A stretch of 64,000 nt of DNA, taken from the NCBI GenBank assembly GCA_044376115.1, contig JBILLK010000015.1, positions 160,001-224,000 of the forward strand, read 5' to 3'. Source of the DNA: Polyangiaceae bacterium. Lineage in GTDB: Bacteria > Myxococcota_A > Polyangia > Polyangiales > Polyangiaceae. Below, piece by piece: positions 47,182-55,629 of this stretch; the first letter of the stretch is position 1; every line of letters starts with the position of its first letter. The position numbers were made by a program, and so were the translations under genes. Under the pieces are notes generated by a model. The model worked only from the letters and a program-made list of their open reading frames with translations, searched no databases and was not told where the DNA came from.

Positions 47182-47216
47182 AGCGGCCAGCCTACCATGA
47201 GCCGAGCCCCTGCTCG

Positions 47217-47579
47217 CTACTCGTCGCGATGGACCGTGCTTGGCGAGAAGGCTGGCAGACAGATAGCGATGTATTCAGCGCCCTCTTCCCCTGGCGTGGA
47301 GTACCGCACCCACTCGCCCGCTTCGGTGATCACGGCTTGCCCAGCCTCGACGTCGAGCGCGCCGGCCTCGTGCTCGACCCGCAAAAGCCCGCGCAGAACG
47401 ACCGTGAACTCACGAAACTCTGGCCGTTGCCCCGGCTCGATCCAACCACCGGGGCTCCGCATATGCGCGACGCTCGTGCCTTCATCTCCGGTGTTCACAC
47501 GTCCAACGAACTCATCGATGAGCTTGGGCTTGTTGCCGGCGGAGGTAATGCGAGTGGGCTTTGCGATCAATGTGGGCAT
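47217..47579 (-). CDS. Cupin domain protein (EutQ-like)
   Basis: GNKPKLIDEFVGRVN, SPGGW.EPGQRPEF.E.T.VL.G, WVRYSTP. Confidence 0.85.
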   Translation of the reverse strand: MPTLIAKPTRITSAGNKPKLIDEFVGRVNTGDEGTSVAHMRSPGGWIEPGQRPEFREFTVVLRGLLRVEHEAGALDVEAGQAVITEAGEWVRYSTPGEEGAEYIAICLPAFSPSTVHRDE

Positions 47580-47762
47580 AGCGTGCCACGTAGTCCGCAG
47601 CGGAACGCGAGACAAGCCGCGCGCGGCGTATTGGCACGTAGAGCGCATTGGCGGACACCAGCCCTCAGCTGCCGACCGCCAGCAAAGGAGTTCGATTCCT
47701 AGGCCCTTTCCGCGCGTTTTCGCTTGGTCGCCGTTGGCATCGCAACTGCACTGGTGCCGCCT

Positions 47763-48725
47763 ATGGCGAACGTAACGCTGCAACATGAGGCACCTGTCTC
47801 GATGCTGCGCGAGACCCCAGCGGCGCTGCTCGAGCTGCTGGCCCCTGTCGGGCAGGAGGTAGCCGAGGGTTCAGCCATCGCGGTGCTTGACTCCGAACTC
47901 ACCGAGCCTGCTCCGCTCGCGCAGCGGGCCGATTTGGTTGCGCTGATCAGCGGGCCGAACGGCACGCCTCTTCGGGCGGTTGTTGTCGAGGTTCAACGGC
48001 ACCGCGATGAAACCAAGTTGCACGCGTGGCTGCTCTACGTTGCGCAGCTCACCAAGCGCTACAACGCGCCAGTCACACTGTTGGTGATAGCTCTCGATAG
48101 CGCGGTTGCACGCTGGGCGGGGAAGGCGCGGCAACTCGGTCCTAACGTAATGTTCGCCCCCACGGTACTATCACCTGGCGTACTTCCCCCAGTGCGCTCC
48201 GGTGATGAGGCGCTTGCGCGCCCACAGGTATCCCTGCTGACGGCGCTCGCGAGGCTTGAGAGCCGCGCGTGGAAGACGCTGTCCCCCAGCGAACAGCAGG
48301 AGGTACTGCGCATCTGCATGGCCTTCGCAGCAAGCGACAATCCCCTTTTGCATGAGACGTACTTGGCCCTGATTGCTAAGTCAGACGCAAACCTTCGCGC
48401 TACACTGAGAGATTTGTTGGAGAGCCACGATATGCAATTGCGGGAGCTAGTGATCAAAGCCTGGAAAGACGAAGGTCGGGCAGAGGGCAAAGCCGAGGGC
48501 AAGGCTGAAGGCAAAGCCGAGGGCAAGGCTGAAGGCAAAGCCGAGGGCAAGGCTGAAGGCAAAGCCGAGGGCAAGGCGGAGACCCTGTTGCACCTATTGA
48601 ATCGACGCGGCTTCACAGTGGACGCCACCCTCGCCCAGCGCATACGCGCGGCGCCGGTTCCTGAGCTCGACGGCTGGCTCGATCGGGTCCTCGACGCATC
48701 TCAGCTTGAGGATGTGTTGGGGTAG
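47763..48725 (+). CDS. Rpn/PD-(D/E)XK nuclease-like (transposase_31-like) protein
   Basis: RADLV..VVVEVQ, W..Y.A.L..RY..PV.LLV, EGKA repeats, L..WLDRVL.A..LEDV C-terminus. Confidence 0.75.
   Translation: MANVTLQHEAPVSMLRETPAALLELLAPVGQEVAEGSAIAVLDSELTEPAPLAQRADLVALISGPNGTPLRAVVVEVQRHRDETKLHAWLLYVAQLTKRYNAPVTLLVIALDSAVARWAGKARQLGPNVMFAPTVLSPGVLPPVRSGDEALARPQVSLLTALARLESRAWKTLSPSEQQEVLRICMAFAASDNPLLHETYLALIAKSDANLRATLRDLLESHDMQLRELVIKAWKDEGRAEGKAEGKAEGKAEGKAEGKAEGKAEGKAEGKAETLLHLLNRRGFTVDATLAQRIRAAPVPELDGWLDRVLDASQLEDVLG
48471..48581 (+). repeat. In-frame tandem repeat encoding about 9 x EG(K/R)A
   Basis: 24-nt unit GAAGGCAAAGCCGAGGGCAAGGCT. Confidence 0.9.
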
Positions 48726-48730
48726 ATTGG

Positions 48731-48962
48731 GCCGCCCCCGCGTGCTCGCTCCGCTACGCTTCGCTGTGCTCGCTCCCCCTCCTTAGCCAGGCTTCTCGCT
48801 TCGCTCGGCGCGTGGCTGGAGGGGGCGGCCGCTTGGGCGTTATCGCCATGGCTGGAGGTCGGGCCGCTATTGGCTGAACTTAGCCTGGGCTGTGGCGTCG
48901 GGTTAGTACGGGAGTGGGCTAGTGCCTCAGGGAGGCTTGGAGCTGCAACCATGCAGGGGAGA
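48731..48962. repeat. Structured dispersed element, copy 1 (232 bp)
   Basis: Near-identical to 52990-53232 and 55387-55629; begins GCCGCCCCCGCGTGCTCGCTCCGCTACGCTTCGC. Confidence 0.95.
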
Positions 48963-49264
48963 CGGATAACATGAATAACCGCTAGTAACGACAAGAGCCA
49001 CAGGTGGATGAGGCTTACCATCGTTAGGGCCATTTACCCATAGTTCATCACCCTTACCCGCGGAGTTCCGAGAGCGTGGTCGCACGACTCGCCCATGCGC
49101 CATTCAGACTTCTGTTCGAAGATGTAGCAACGTCCCGGGCCCAAAAGCGGGTTGGACTACTGCGGCGTTTACTCTCGACTACCTCGTTAGATTGCCCGCA
49201 GAGATTGGTGCTTGCCTGGGCACCACACGGAGCGTCAGTAAGCCGGTACGGCGTGAGCTTCCAT

Positions 49265-49705
49265 TCAATTCTCTTCGCCTTCCACGTGTGCAACATAGTC
49301 TCGCGGCTCGGCTGAAAGGGTGACTCCAGACCACGAGCCGCCATTGCGGACATAGACCGCTGCACGATGAGGGTACTTCCCGACGATACTGTCGATTGCG
49401 GCAAAGAGAGTCTTGTCGTCTACCCAAGTATTGGAACACTCTCCGCAGCCCCAGCGATTTGTCTTCTTGTCGACCAGCTTGTCAGAGATGTCGACGACCC
49501 AACCCGTACACCTTGCAACAGGGCATCGCGCCAGGGGCGCCTCCAATGCCAACTCCTTAGGACCGAGCTCGACTTTAACCGAACGCTTGCATCGGGGGCA
49601 ATCAACGTATGCTACTGGCATGCTGCCGGCGCGAGCATGACTCAGGAACGCCTCCTGCTTGGCGCTGAGCTCAAACGTATGATCACGGCACTTGATTGTC
49701 GTCAC
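49265..49705 (-). CDS. Cys-rich putative immunity protein (paralogue of 51861-52544)
   Basis: Shared ARCPV.RC.G.V, WGCG.C..TW.DD..L.A.I..IV..Y.HR...YV; start estimated at GTG 49705. Confidence 0.7.
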   Translation of the reverse strand: MTTIKCRDHTFELSAKQEAFLSHARAGSMPVAYVDCPRCKRSVKVELGPKELALEAPLARCPVARCTGWVVDISDKLVDKKTNRWGCGECSNTWVDDKTLFAAIDSIVGKYPHRAAVYVRNGGSWSGVTLSAEPRDYVAHVEGEEN

Positions 49706-49761
49706 TTGGTCCCAACAACAAACTGTACCATTGGCATGAGGAGGGGAAAACCCATTCAAAC

Positions 49762-50043
49762 TTAACTAGCGTCTCGCATTCCGCCCTCATAGTGATAATG
49801 CTCTAAGCTGGCTGACGAAAATCGCTCAATGAATCTCGAGCTTCTATGTTCATCTGTCCGCGGAGAAAACCAGCATCGACGGAGCGCATGAACATAGACG
49901 CCATCATCAACAGGGTACCGACTTAACGTACCAGAGAGCTGGTGCCTCAATATCCATGCCTCAGCTCTCTCAAGTTCAGTAAACACTCCCCCAGGAAATG
50001 CGGCCTGGGCGCCTACGAATATCCAGACCCACTCGCTATCCAT
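49762..50043 (-). CDS. Small putative immunity protein
   Basis: VWIF.G..A.FPGGVF...E.AE.WI....LSGTL..YPVD..Y ... FSSAS.EHYHYE.G, a pattern I associate with toxin loci. Confidence 0.65.
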   Translation of the reverse strand: MDSEWVWIFVGAQAAFPGGVFTELERAEAWILRHQLSGTLSRYPVDDGVYVHALRRCWFSPRTDEHRSSRFIERFSSASLEHYHYEGGMRDAS

Positions 50044-50212
50044 CGGCCCTCTCAAAGCTGTACCAACGTTGTATCTGATCCACCGCTTTTCGGATTGATG
50101 ATTTGCTTTCCTTCACTACTGTTGCTTGGGTGAGACTCAACGCAGGGGCGCCATTGATAGGCTTACCTGCCATCCCAATCTTTGTTTCTACACCACCCCC
50201 GATCACATGCAA

Positions 50213-50369
50213 GGAGGTGGACGCGGGTATCACGCTGAGCGCGCCGCCGCAGACGCCCGCAGGGATAGAGGCCTTGAGCGTCTTGGCTTTAGCGTGCTTC
50301 GGGTTTCGCATGACGCCGTCGTGAATCGGCTGGAGGCTGTGCTCGGCTTGGTCCGGCGGGCGCTTGGCC
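50213..50369 (+). pseudogene. Duplicated 3' half of the DUF559 gene
   Basis: Aligns by eye with 56154-56311, one base deleted. Confidence 0.9.
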
Positions 50370-50376
50370 CACCAAG

Positions 50377-50871
50377 CTAACTCCCTCCAACATACATGAT
50401 CCAAAACGGAGCACCGGTCGTACCAGCCAGCTCTTCGCAAGCGCGCAAAAGGTCGTTGCAGGGTGGCTGATAGGGGATCGCCAGCGCTGCGAGAAACATA
50501 GCCCCACTCTGCGCAACGATAGAACGGTCCTCGCTCTTTGCATGGTCCTCCAGCCAAACTCGACCATCGACAGTACGGACAACTCGATCTGCCTCGAATC
50601 GACCGACAACAGTTTCGCTTGTTCCTACTTTTACAACAGTCGCCCTATCTATCGGAACGAACTCAAAACCACGCAGTTCTGCGCGACGGACGTCGTACCT
50701 TGCAAGTAAGTCTACCAGTGGATCCGCTGAAACGACTGTTTCCAAGAGACACTTAAACTCGAAGGTCCGTCGAACATCCTCTGCTTCATCTGGATCAAGC
50801 CCATATTCCAATAGAGACTCGGTCTCTGGTCTGCGCGCCTCGATCGTGGCAACAAACTGATTAGCATCCAC
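50377..50871 (-). CDS. Putative immunity protein
   Basis: 164-aa acidic ORF directly behind an HHH-type nuclease tip relic. Confidence 0.6.
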   Translation of the reverse strand: MDANQFVATIEARRPETESLLEYGLDPDEAEDVRRTFEFKCLLETVVSADPLVDLLARYDVRRAELRGFEFVPIDRATVVKVGTSETVVGRFEADRVVRTVDGRVWLEDHAKSEDRSIVAQSGAMFLAALAIPYQPPCNDLLRACEELAGTTGAPFWIMYVGGS

Positions 50872-51023
50872 TAGTGAAGAACTCCACTCCAGGCCTCATG
50901 CACGCTTTTGGGAAGCGGCACGGCATTCGGTCCGTGGTCAATATGGTGATGGCGCAATACTTCTCTTTGAAAATCGATATAAGCCCTAGCCGCCAGCCAA
51001 CGATCATCGCGAGCGGACGATAC
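50871..51023 (-). pseudogene. HNH-fold (HHH-type) toxin tip relic (not in the ORF track)
   Basis: DDRWL..DFQREVLRHHHIDHGPNAVPLPKSVHEAWSGVLH*; no start. Confidence 0.65.
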
Positions 51024-51221
51024 TCAATAACTACCGGCTCGCTTGCCATCAAACAGGTGAATGTTGCGGTGAGCCCAGAGAGATTCCAGCTCACTAACCG
51101 GGGCACTGGGCAGAAGCGTGCTTGTTCGGCCGCCGCTCCTTAATCGCCTCGTCTATGGCATTTCTTTTCGGAGATCTTCGACCGCGGGCCCGCATTTCCG
51201 TACTTCCTGTTGCCATCTAAG

Positions 51222-51734
51222 CTACTCGTCTTCCTTTTCGCCCACATCACCATACTGTCGCTCAAGAAACTCCTGTTGCTCCTCCTCCCACTTGTCGTGC
51301 CTGTACTCCCCGTAGCGTTCTAGATGTCGCCAGTGGATCCCTGCTAAGTAAAATCTACCGTCGGTGGGTACGGGAACCGCTCGAGCTTTGACGAGTTCCT
51401 CCAGTTTCGGGAGATCAGCTGCAGGCATGTTGTCCGCTAGCTCGAGTGGCGAGGCTGAGAAGTCCCGCCAAGCAGCAATTGGCTTCCCTAAGAACCTCTC
51501 AAGGCAGGCCGCTGCGGCCCTCACATCAGGAAACTCTCCCACCAGCTTAAGGGCGCCGTCGTCTTCGCCAAAAGAATAGTCCGCAGCTCTGACGAACTCG
51601 ATCGTCACAGAAGCGTCCTCGTGGATTTGGGTCAGTCTCACGTACCCCTCAGCTTCGACCGCAAGCCTCGCGTCGATGATTATGCTGTGGCCCCCCGCTA
51701 CGCGCAATACGCGCTCTAGTTCATTGACGTCCAT
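51222..51734 (-). CDS. Putative immunity protein
   Basis: 170-aa acidic ORF downstream of a GH...PHYN tip relic. Confidence 0.6.
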   Translation of the reverse strand: MDVNELERVLRVAGGHSIIIDARLAVEAEGYVRLTQIHEDASVTIEFVRAADYSFGEDDGALKLVGEFPDVRAAAACLERFLGKPIAAWRDFSASPLELADNMPAADLPKLEELVKARAVPVPTDGRFYLAGIHWRHLERYGEYRHDKWEEEQQEFLERQYGDVGEKEDE

Positions 51735-51743
51735 ATTACTCTC

Positions 51744-51860
51744 TCAGTCGGTGCGGACTAAGATCGCGCCCTTCTTGCCATTTAGAAAGTACGAGTTGTA
51801 ATGCGGATTCTGAGCGTGCCCCAGATTCGAAACCTTCGTCGGGCAGATAGCCCATGCCCG
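51744..51860 (-). pseudogene. Possible toxin tip relic
   Basis: ..SNLGHAQNPHYNSYFLNGKKGAILVRTD*, ending 9 nt before the next gene. Confidence 0.4.
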
Positions 51861-52544
51861 TCAGCCTCGTCGCGCCTTCTTGGTCGCAGGCTTCTTGGTC
51901 GCAGGCTTCTTGGTCGCAGGCTTCTTGGTCGCAGCCTTCTTCGTTGCGGCCTTCTTCGTTGCGGCCTTCTTCGTTGCGGCCTTCTTCGTTGCGGGCTTCT
52001 TCGTTGCGGGCTTCTTCGTTGCGGGCTTCTTCGTTGCGGGCTTCTTCGTTGCAGGCTTCTTCGTTGCAGCCTTCTTGGGCAAGCCCTCTTTCGCAACATC
52101 GTCTTCGTAGCCAGACAACTCTCTCACTCGCCCCGTCCACGAAGACTTGTTCCATACATAGGCTTTTCGCCTGTGCGCGTACTGCGACACGATTCGGGCA
52201 ATCTGCGCTTGAAGCTCACCATCGTCTTTCCACGTGGTTCCACAAGAACCGCAACCCCACATCGCAAAGCCGACCCCATTTATCCCGTCTAATTGTGAAA
52301 CATACCCAGCACACCTCTCCACGGGACAACGTGCCGGAGCGACTTCGACATTCACACCCCTACTCAATGGGCTCTGCGGATCTACGCCGGCTCCTCCACG
52401 ACACAAAGCACACTTGAGCACTATGAATCGCATGCCCTTCAAACGCGACGCTAGTAAATACTGCTGTTGCTTCGGGTCCAATGAGAATACCCGACGGCAT
52501 ACTTCGCAGTAAACAGCATCACCTTTAAGCCTAGTTTTTCCCAT
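51861..52544 (-). CDS. Cys-rich putative immunity protein for the HNH tip, with histone-H1-like tail
   Basis: Overlaps the toxin stop; four Cys pairs; 13 x KK(P/A)AT. Confidence 0.75.
   Translation of the reverse strand: MGKTRLKGDAVYCEVCRRVFSLDPKQQQYLLASRLKGMRFIVLKCALCRGGAGVDPQSPLSRGVNVEVAPARCPVERCAGYVSQLDGINGVGFAMWGCGSCGTTWKDDGELQAQIARIVSQYAHRRKAYVWNKSSWTGRVRELSGYEDDVAKEGLPKKAATKKPATKKPATKKPATKKPATKKPATKKAATKKAATKKAATKKAATKKPATKKPATKKPATKKARRG
51876..52076 (-). repeat. 15-nt tandem repeat x13 encoding KK(P/A)AT
   Basis: CTTCTTCGTTGCGG(G/C)-type unit visible on the + strand. Confidence 0.95.
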
Positions 52545-52984
52545 ACAGATTCTCTCCCTCAGGATACCAATGCAGCTCTCGATTCTTAGCGCGATGCGTG
52601 CGCTTGTTCATGAGAATGAGATTCGAACGAGCATTTGTTCCACCTCTAAACATAGGTTTCATGTGGTGAACGACCATTCCCTTGGGAACCTTACCAGCTG
52701 CCAAACGTAGCAAGGCCGCCTTGCTAAACGCCTCGGGTGCGTCTGGAGTGGTTGCCATCCACTTCAGGAACCGCTCGCGAGCTCCACCCGCCTTATCGAA
52801 TGCCTCGCGCAGCTCCTTAACTTTCTCTACTGACCGCTTACGGACTTTACAAGTGAGCCCCAGCGGGTCCCACCACCCTAGCGGCTCATGCACATACCCA
52901 TACAGCGCCTCCCCGCCCAAGAGCCCTATTGGGTCTTCGCTGAGGTACCGGCCTAGCTCGGGGTCGTAGTAGCGGTATCGGTTG
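52531..52984 (-). pseudogene. Orphan Rhs core end plus HNH nuclease toxin tip
   Basis: NRYRYYDPELGRYLSEDPIG..WDPLGL then VVHHMKPMFRGGTNARSNL...H; 52853-52984 repeats 54539-54670. Confidence 0.88.
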
Positions 52985-52989
52985 GTGAT

Positions 52990-53232
52990 GCCGCCCCCGC
53001 GTGCTCGCTCCGCTACGCTTCGCTGTGCTCGCTCCCCCTCCTTAGCCAGGCTTCTCGCTGCGCTCGGCGCGTGGCTGGAGGGGGCGGCCGCTTGGGCGTT
53101 ATCGCCATGGCTGGAGGTCCGGCCGCTATTGGCTGAACTTAGCCTTGGCTGTGGCGTCGGGTCAGTACGGGAGTGGGCTAGTGCCTCGGGGGAGGCTTGG
53201 AGCGGCAACCATGCAGGGGAGAGGAGAATGGC
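52990..53232. repeat. Structured dispersed element, copy 2 (243 bp)
   Basis: Near-identical to copies 1 and 3. Confidence 0.95.
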
Positions 53233-53323
53233 TGCGTGAGCTGCGTGTTGGCAAAGAGTACCGACGCCTTCGCATAACGCGTCATGAACAGGCCATTGCG
53301 GGAAGCTCCCGGTTCTTCTACGC

Positions 53324-54214
53324 TTACTTCAGCGCCGCCTGCCTCTCCTCAAAATGACGCTTAAAGTCTTTGCGCTTATGACTGTAGTGCCTTCGGTCGA
53401 CACTAAACCAACTATTCCGCAGCGACTTCGATTCCAATACTGGAGACAAGTCGCCATCCAAACAGTTCCAGAATGAAAGGTCCTCTAGGTACGGCAACTC
53501 TTTCACAAACTCGAGTGAGTCGACCTTGTCGATGAACAGCTTCTTGACTGCTTTCAGGTGAGAAAGAAAGGATTGATCTAGGCGCTTGCACGCTTCAACG
53601 TGGATGGTTCGCAAGATTGGACACGACTCGAGCGCGGAGGCATCGAGAAGAATAGGCGCCGCCACCAGCTTTAGGCACTCAAGTTCAGTCAGACTCTCGA
53701 GGCCGGCTAACGTTTTCGTCTTAGTAGTTTGGAGGCAGATCGACCTTAAAGAGCTCACCCCGCGGACAAACCTACAATCGCTTTCTCGAGAACCCATATA
53801 AGAAAGCGAAGTCAATGGAGCGCCGCCCAAAACAACGGGCCGCGCACCGCTGACAAACAGCTTGCCAAGGTTCGGGAATCGATTCAGGTCCACGTTAAAG
53901 CAGCCCACCGCTAATTCTGTGAGGGTTGTGCCCAGGGAGTACAGAGCCTCAATGTTTTCTATCTTCAGCTTCGTCCCCAGAGAAGCCAAATGGAAGGCCA
54001 CGTCAACCGACGTCACCCACTGCTGACCCCATAGCGGAGCGAGATCGAGCGTTTGCGAGTCGCTTTCACTGGAGCCGTAGAATGGGGGCACGACCCGTAG
54101 CCTCGTTATCCCCTTTCGTTTCGCGAAGTTTACCCCTTCACGGAGGTACCTGTAGTCGATCCGAACGTCCCCTACGAGAGGAACCGATTCGTACTTCTCG
54201 CAGGTCCGCATCAC
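53324..54214 (-). CDS. Leucine-rich-repeat putative immunity protein
   Basis: L..L..L.L repeats (LESLTELECLKL, VKELPYLEDLSF); GTGA overlap with the toxin. Confidence 0.8.
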   Translation of the reverse strand: MMRTCEKYESVPLVGDVRIDYRYLREGVNFAKRKGITRLRVVPPFYGSSESDSQTLDLAPLWGQQWVTSVDVAFHLASLGTKLKIENIEALYSLGTTLTELAVGCFNVDLNRFPNLGKLFVSGARPVVLGGAPLTSLSYMGSRESDCRFVRGVSSLRSICLQTTKTKTLAGLESLTELECLKLVAAPILLDASALESCPILRTIHVEACKRLDQSFLSHLKAVKKLFIDKVDSLEFVKELPYLEDLSFWNCLDGDLSPVLESKSLRNSWFSVDRRHYSHKRKDFKRHFEERQAALK

Positions 54215-55386
54215 TTGCAGGAAGCCTTGAACTTCCGCTCTACTTTGAGCGCGTTTTTCTTCACTTCCTCTTTAATTGCTTCGTTCTCTAGGCCATCCAA
54301 TAGCTTTCTACCCTTCGAGTGTATGCTATTTGCAAATGTAGAGCTGTCAACCGCGTTATATTTGTCGATTAGCCATTGCTCAACCATCAGCCCCATATTG
54401 TTGTCTCCAAAGTCGATATGAGCCCAGTTCTTGGCATTATCGGACCCACCGATCCGCTCCTTCATTGATTGAAGCATTCGATCGTATGGGCCTTTCCCGA
54501 TGTAGGAAGTGGTCCCGTCTGAAAAGAAGTAAGTTCCTGTGAGCCCAAACGGGTCCCACCACCCCAGCGGCTCATGCACATACCCGTACAGCGCCTCCCC
54601 GCCCAAGAGCCCAATCGGGTCCTCGCTGAGGTAACGGCCTAGCTCGGGATCGTAATAGCGGAATCGGTTGTAGTAGAGCCCTGTCTCAGCGTCTTCATAC
54701 TGGCCGGGGAAGCGCCAGGGGTTGTCGGTCTTGTCCTCTGGGCGAACAGCGGCGCCTTCTTCTCTGGGAACGCCGTAAATATCGAGCTGGGCTTGCCATG
54801 CGACGCGGCCGGCTTCCGTTGCTAGTAGCGTTGGGCTTCCGAGGTGGTCGCTGACGATGCCGTAGCGTTTCCTACCTTCGATCTTAGCTAATGGTGTGAA
54901 GGTTCCGGGTTCTTGGATCCAGGTGGTTAGTGGGGAGCTCTGGCCGGACTTATTGTCGGTCGTTCTTTCATGGATGAGGTCGTCGCCGTCCCAGATGTAT
55001 TCGGTGATTTTGTCGTCGTAGGTCTTGGAGGTTCGGCGACCGAAGGTGTCGTAGGTAAAGGTGACGGTCTTTCCGTCTGGGCGGGTGACTTGGGTGAGCT
55101 CTCCTTGGGGGCTCCAGAGGTAGTGCCAGGTGGCTCCGTCGCTGAGGACCTTTTTGGTGAGGAAGCCGTCGGGGTCTACTGTGTATTGGGTGCCGTTGGC
55201 TTGTTGGATGACGCCGCCGGGGCCGTAGTGGCGGTCGGTTTTGTCTTGGCTTCGGAAGAGGTTGCCGGCGGGGTCGCTTTGTCGGTCGAGGGTTTCTCCG
55301 CTGGAGAAGATTTGGCGGATGAGGTGGCCTCTTGGGTCGTATTGGTATTGGGAGGCGGTTAGGGTTTTGCCGTTGGGGGTGGATAA
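54211..55386 (-). pseudogene. N-terminally truncated Rhs protein with GIY-YIG-like toxin tip (frame stays open to 55812 through the repeat)
   Basis: YD repeats, SDHLGSP, PWRFPGQYED.ETGLYYNRFRYYDP, DPFGL, then TGTYFF..SYIGKG..R..E. Confidence 0.88.
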
Positions 55387-55629
55387 GCCGCCCCCGCGTG
55401 CTCGCTCCGCTACGCTTCGCTGTGCTCGCTCCCCCTCCTTAGCCAGGCTTCTCGCTTCGCTCGGCGCGTGGCTGGAGGGGGCGGTCGCTTGGGCGATATC
55501 GCCATGGCTGGAGGCCGGGCCGCTATTGGCTGAACTTAGCCTGGGCTGTGGCTTCTGGTTAGTACGGGAGTGGACTAGTGCCTCAGGGGAGGCTTCGAGC
55601 TGCAACCATGCAGGGGAGAGGAGAATGGC
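55387..55629. repeat. Structured dispersed element, copy 3 (243 bp)
   Basis: Near-identical to copies 1 and 2. Confidence 0.95.

Noticed and set aside
51736..52417. Alternative-frame ORFs over the 15-nt repeat (EEARN, RRSPQ, VAGFF repeats)
   Set aside because: Artefacts of a stop-free tandem repeat; only the KKPAT frame continues a gene with a paralogue
53185..53215. Phase-variable G tract switching the element's ATG into frame with the toxins
   Set aside because: Copies differ by one base here, but the run is only 3-5 G and the ATG has no RBS
52853..54670. Diversity-generating retroelement TR/VR pair in the duplicated Rhs core ends
   Set aside because: No reverse transcriptase; differences are mostly synonymous and not adenine-specific, as in normal Rhs orphan modules
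48731..55629. Integron cassette array or CRISPR array
   Set aside because: No integrase or cas genes, no attC RYYYAAC/GTTRRRY boxes recognised, repeats too long and kilobases apart
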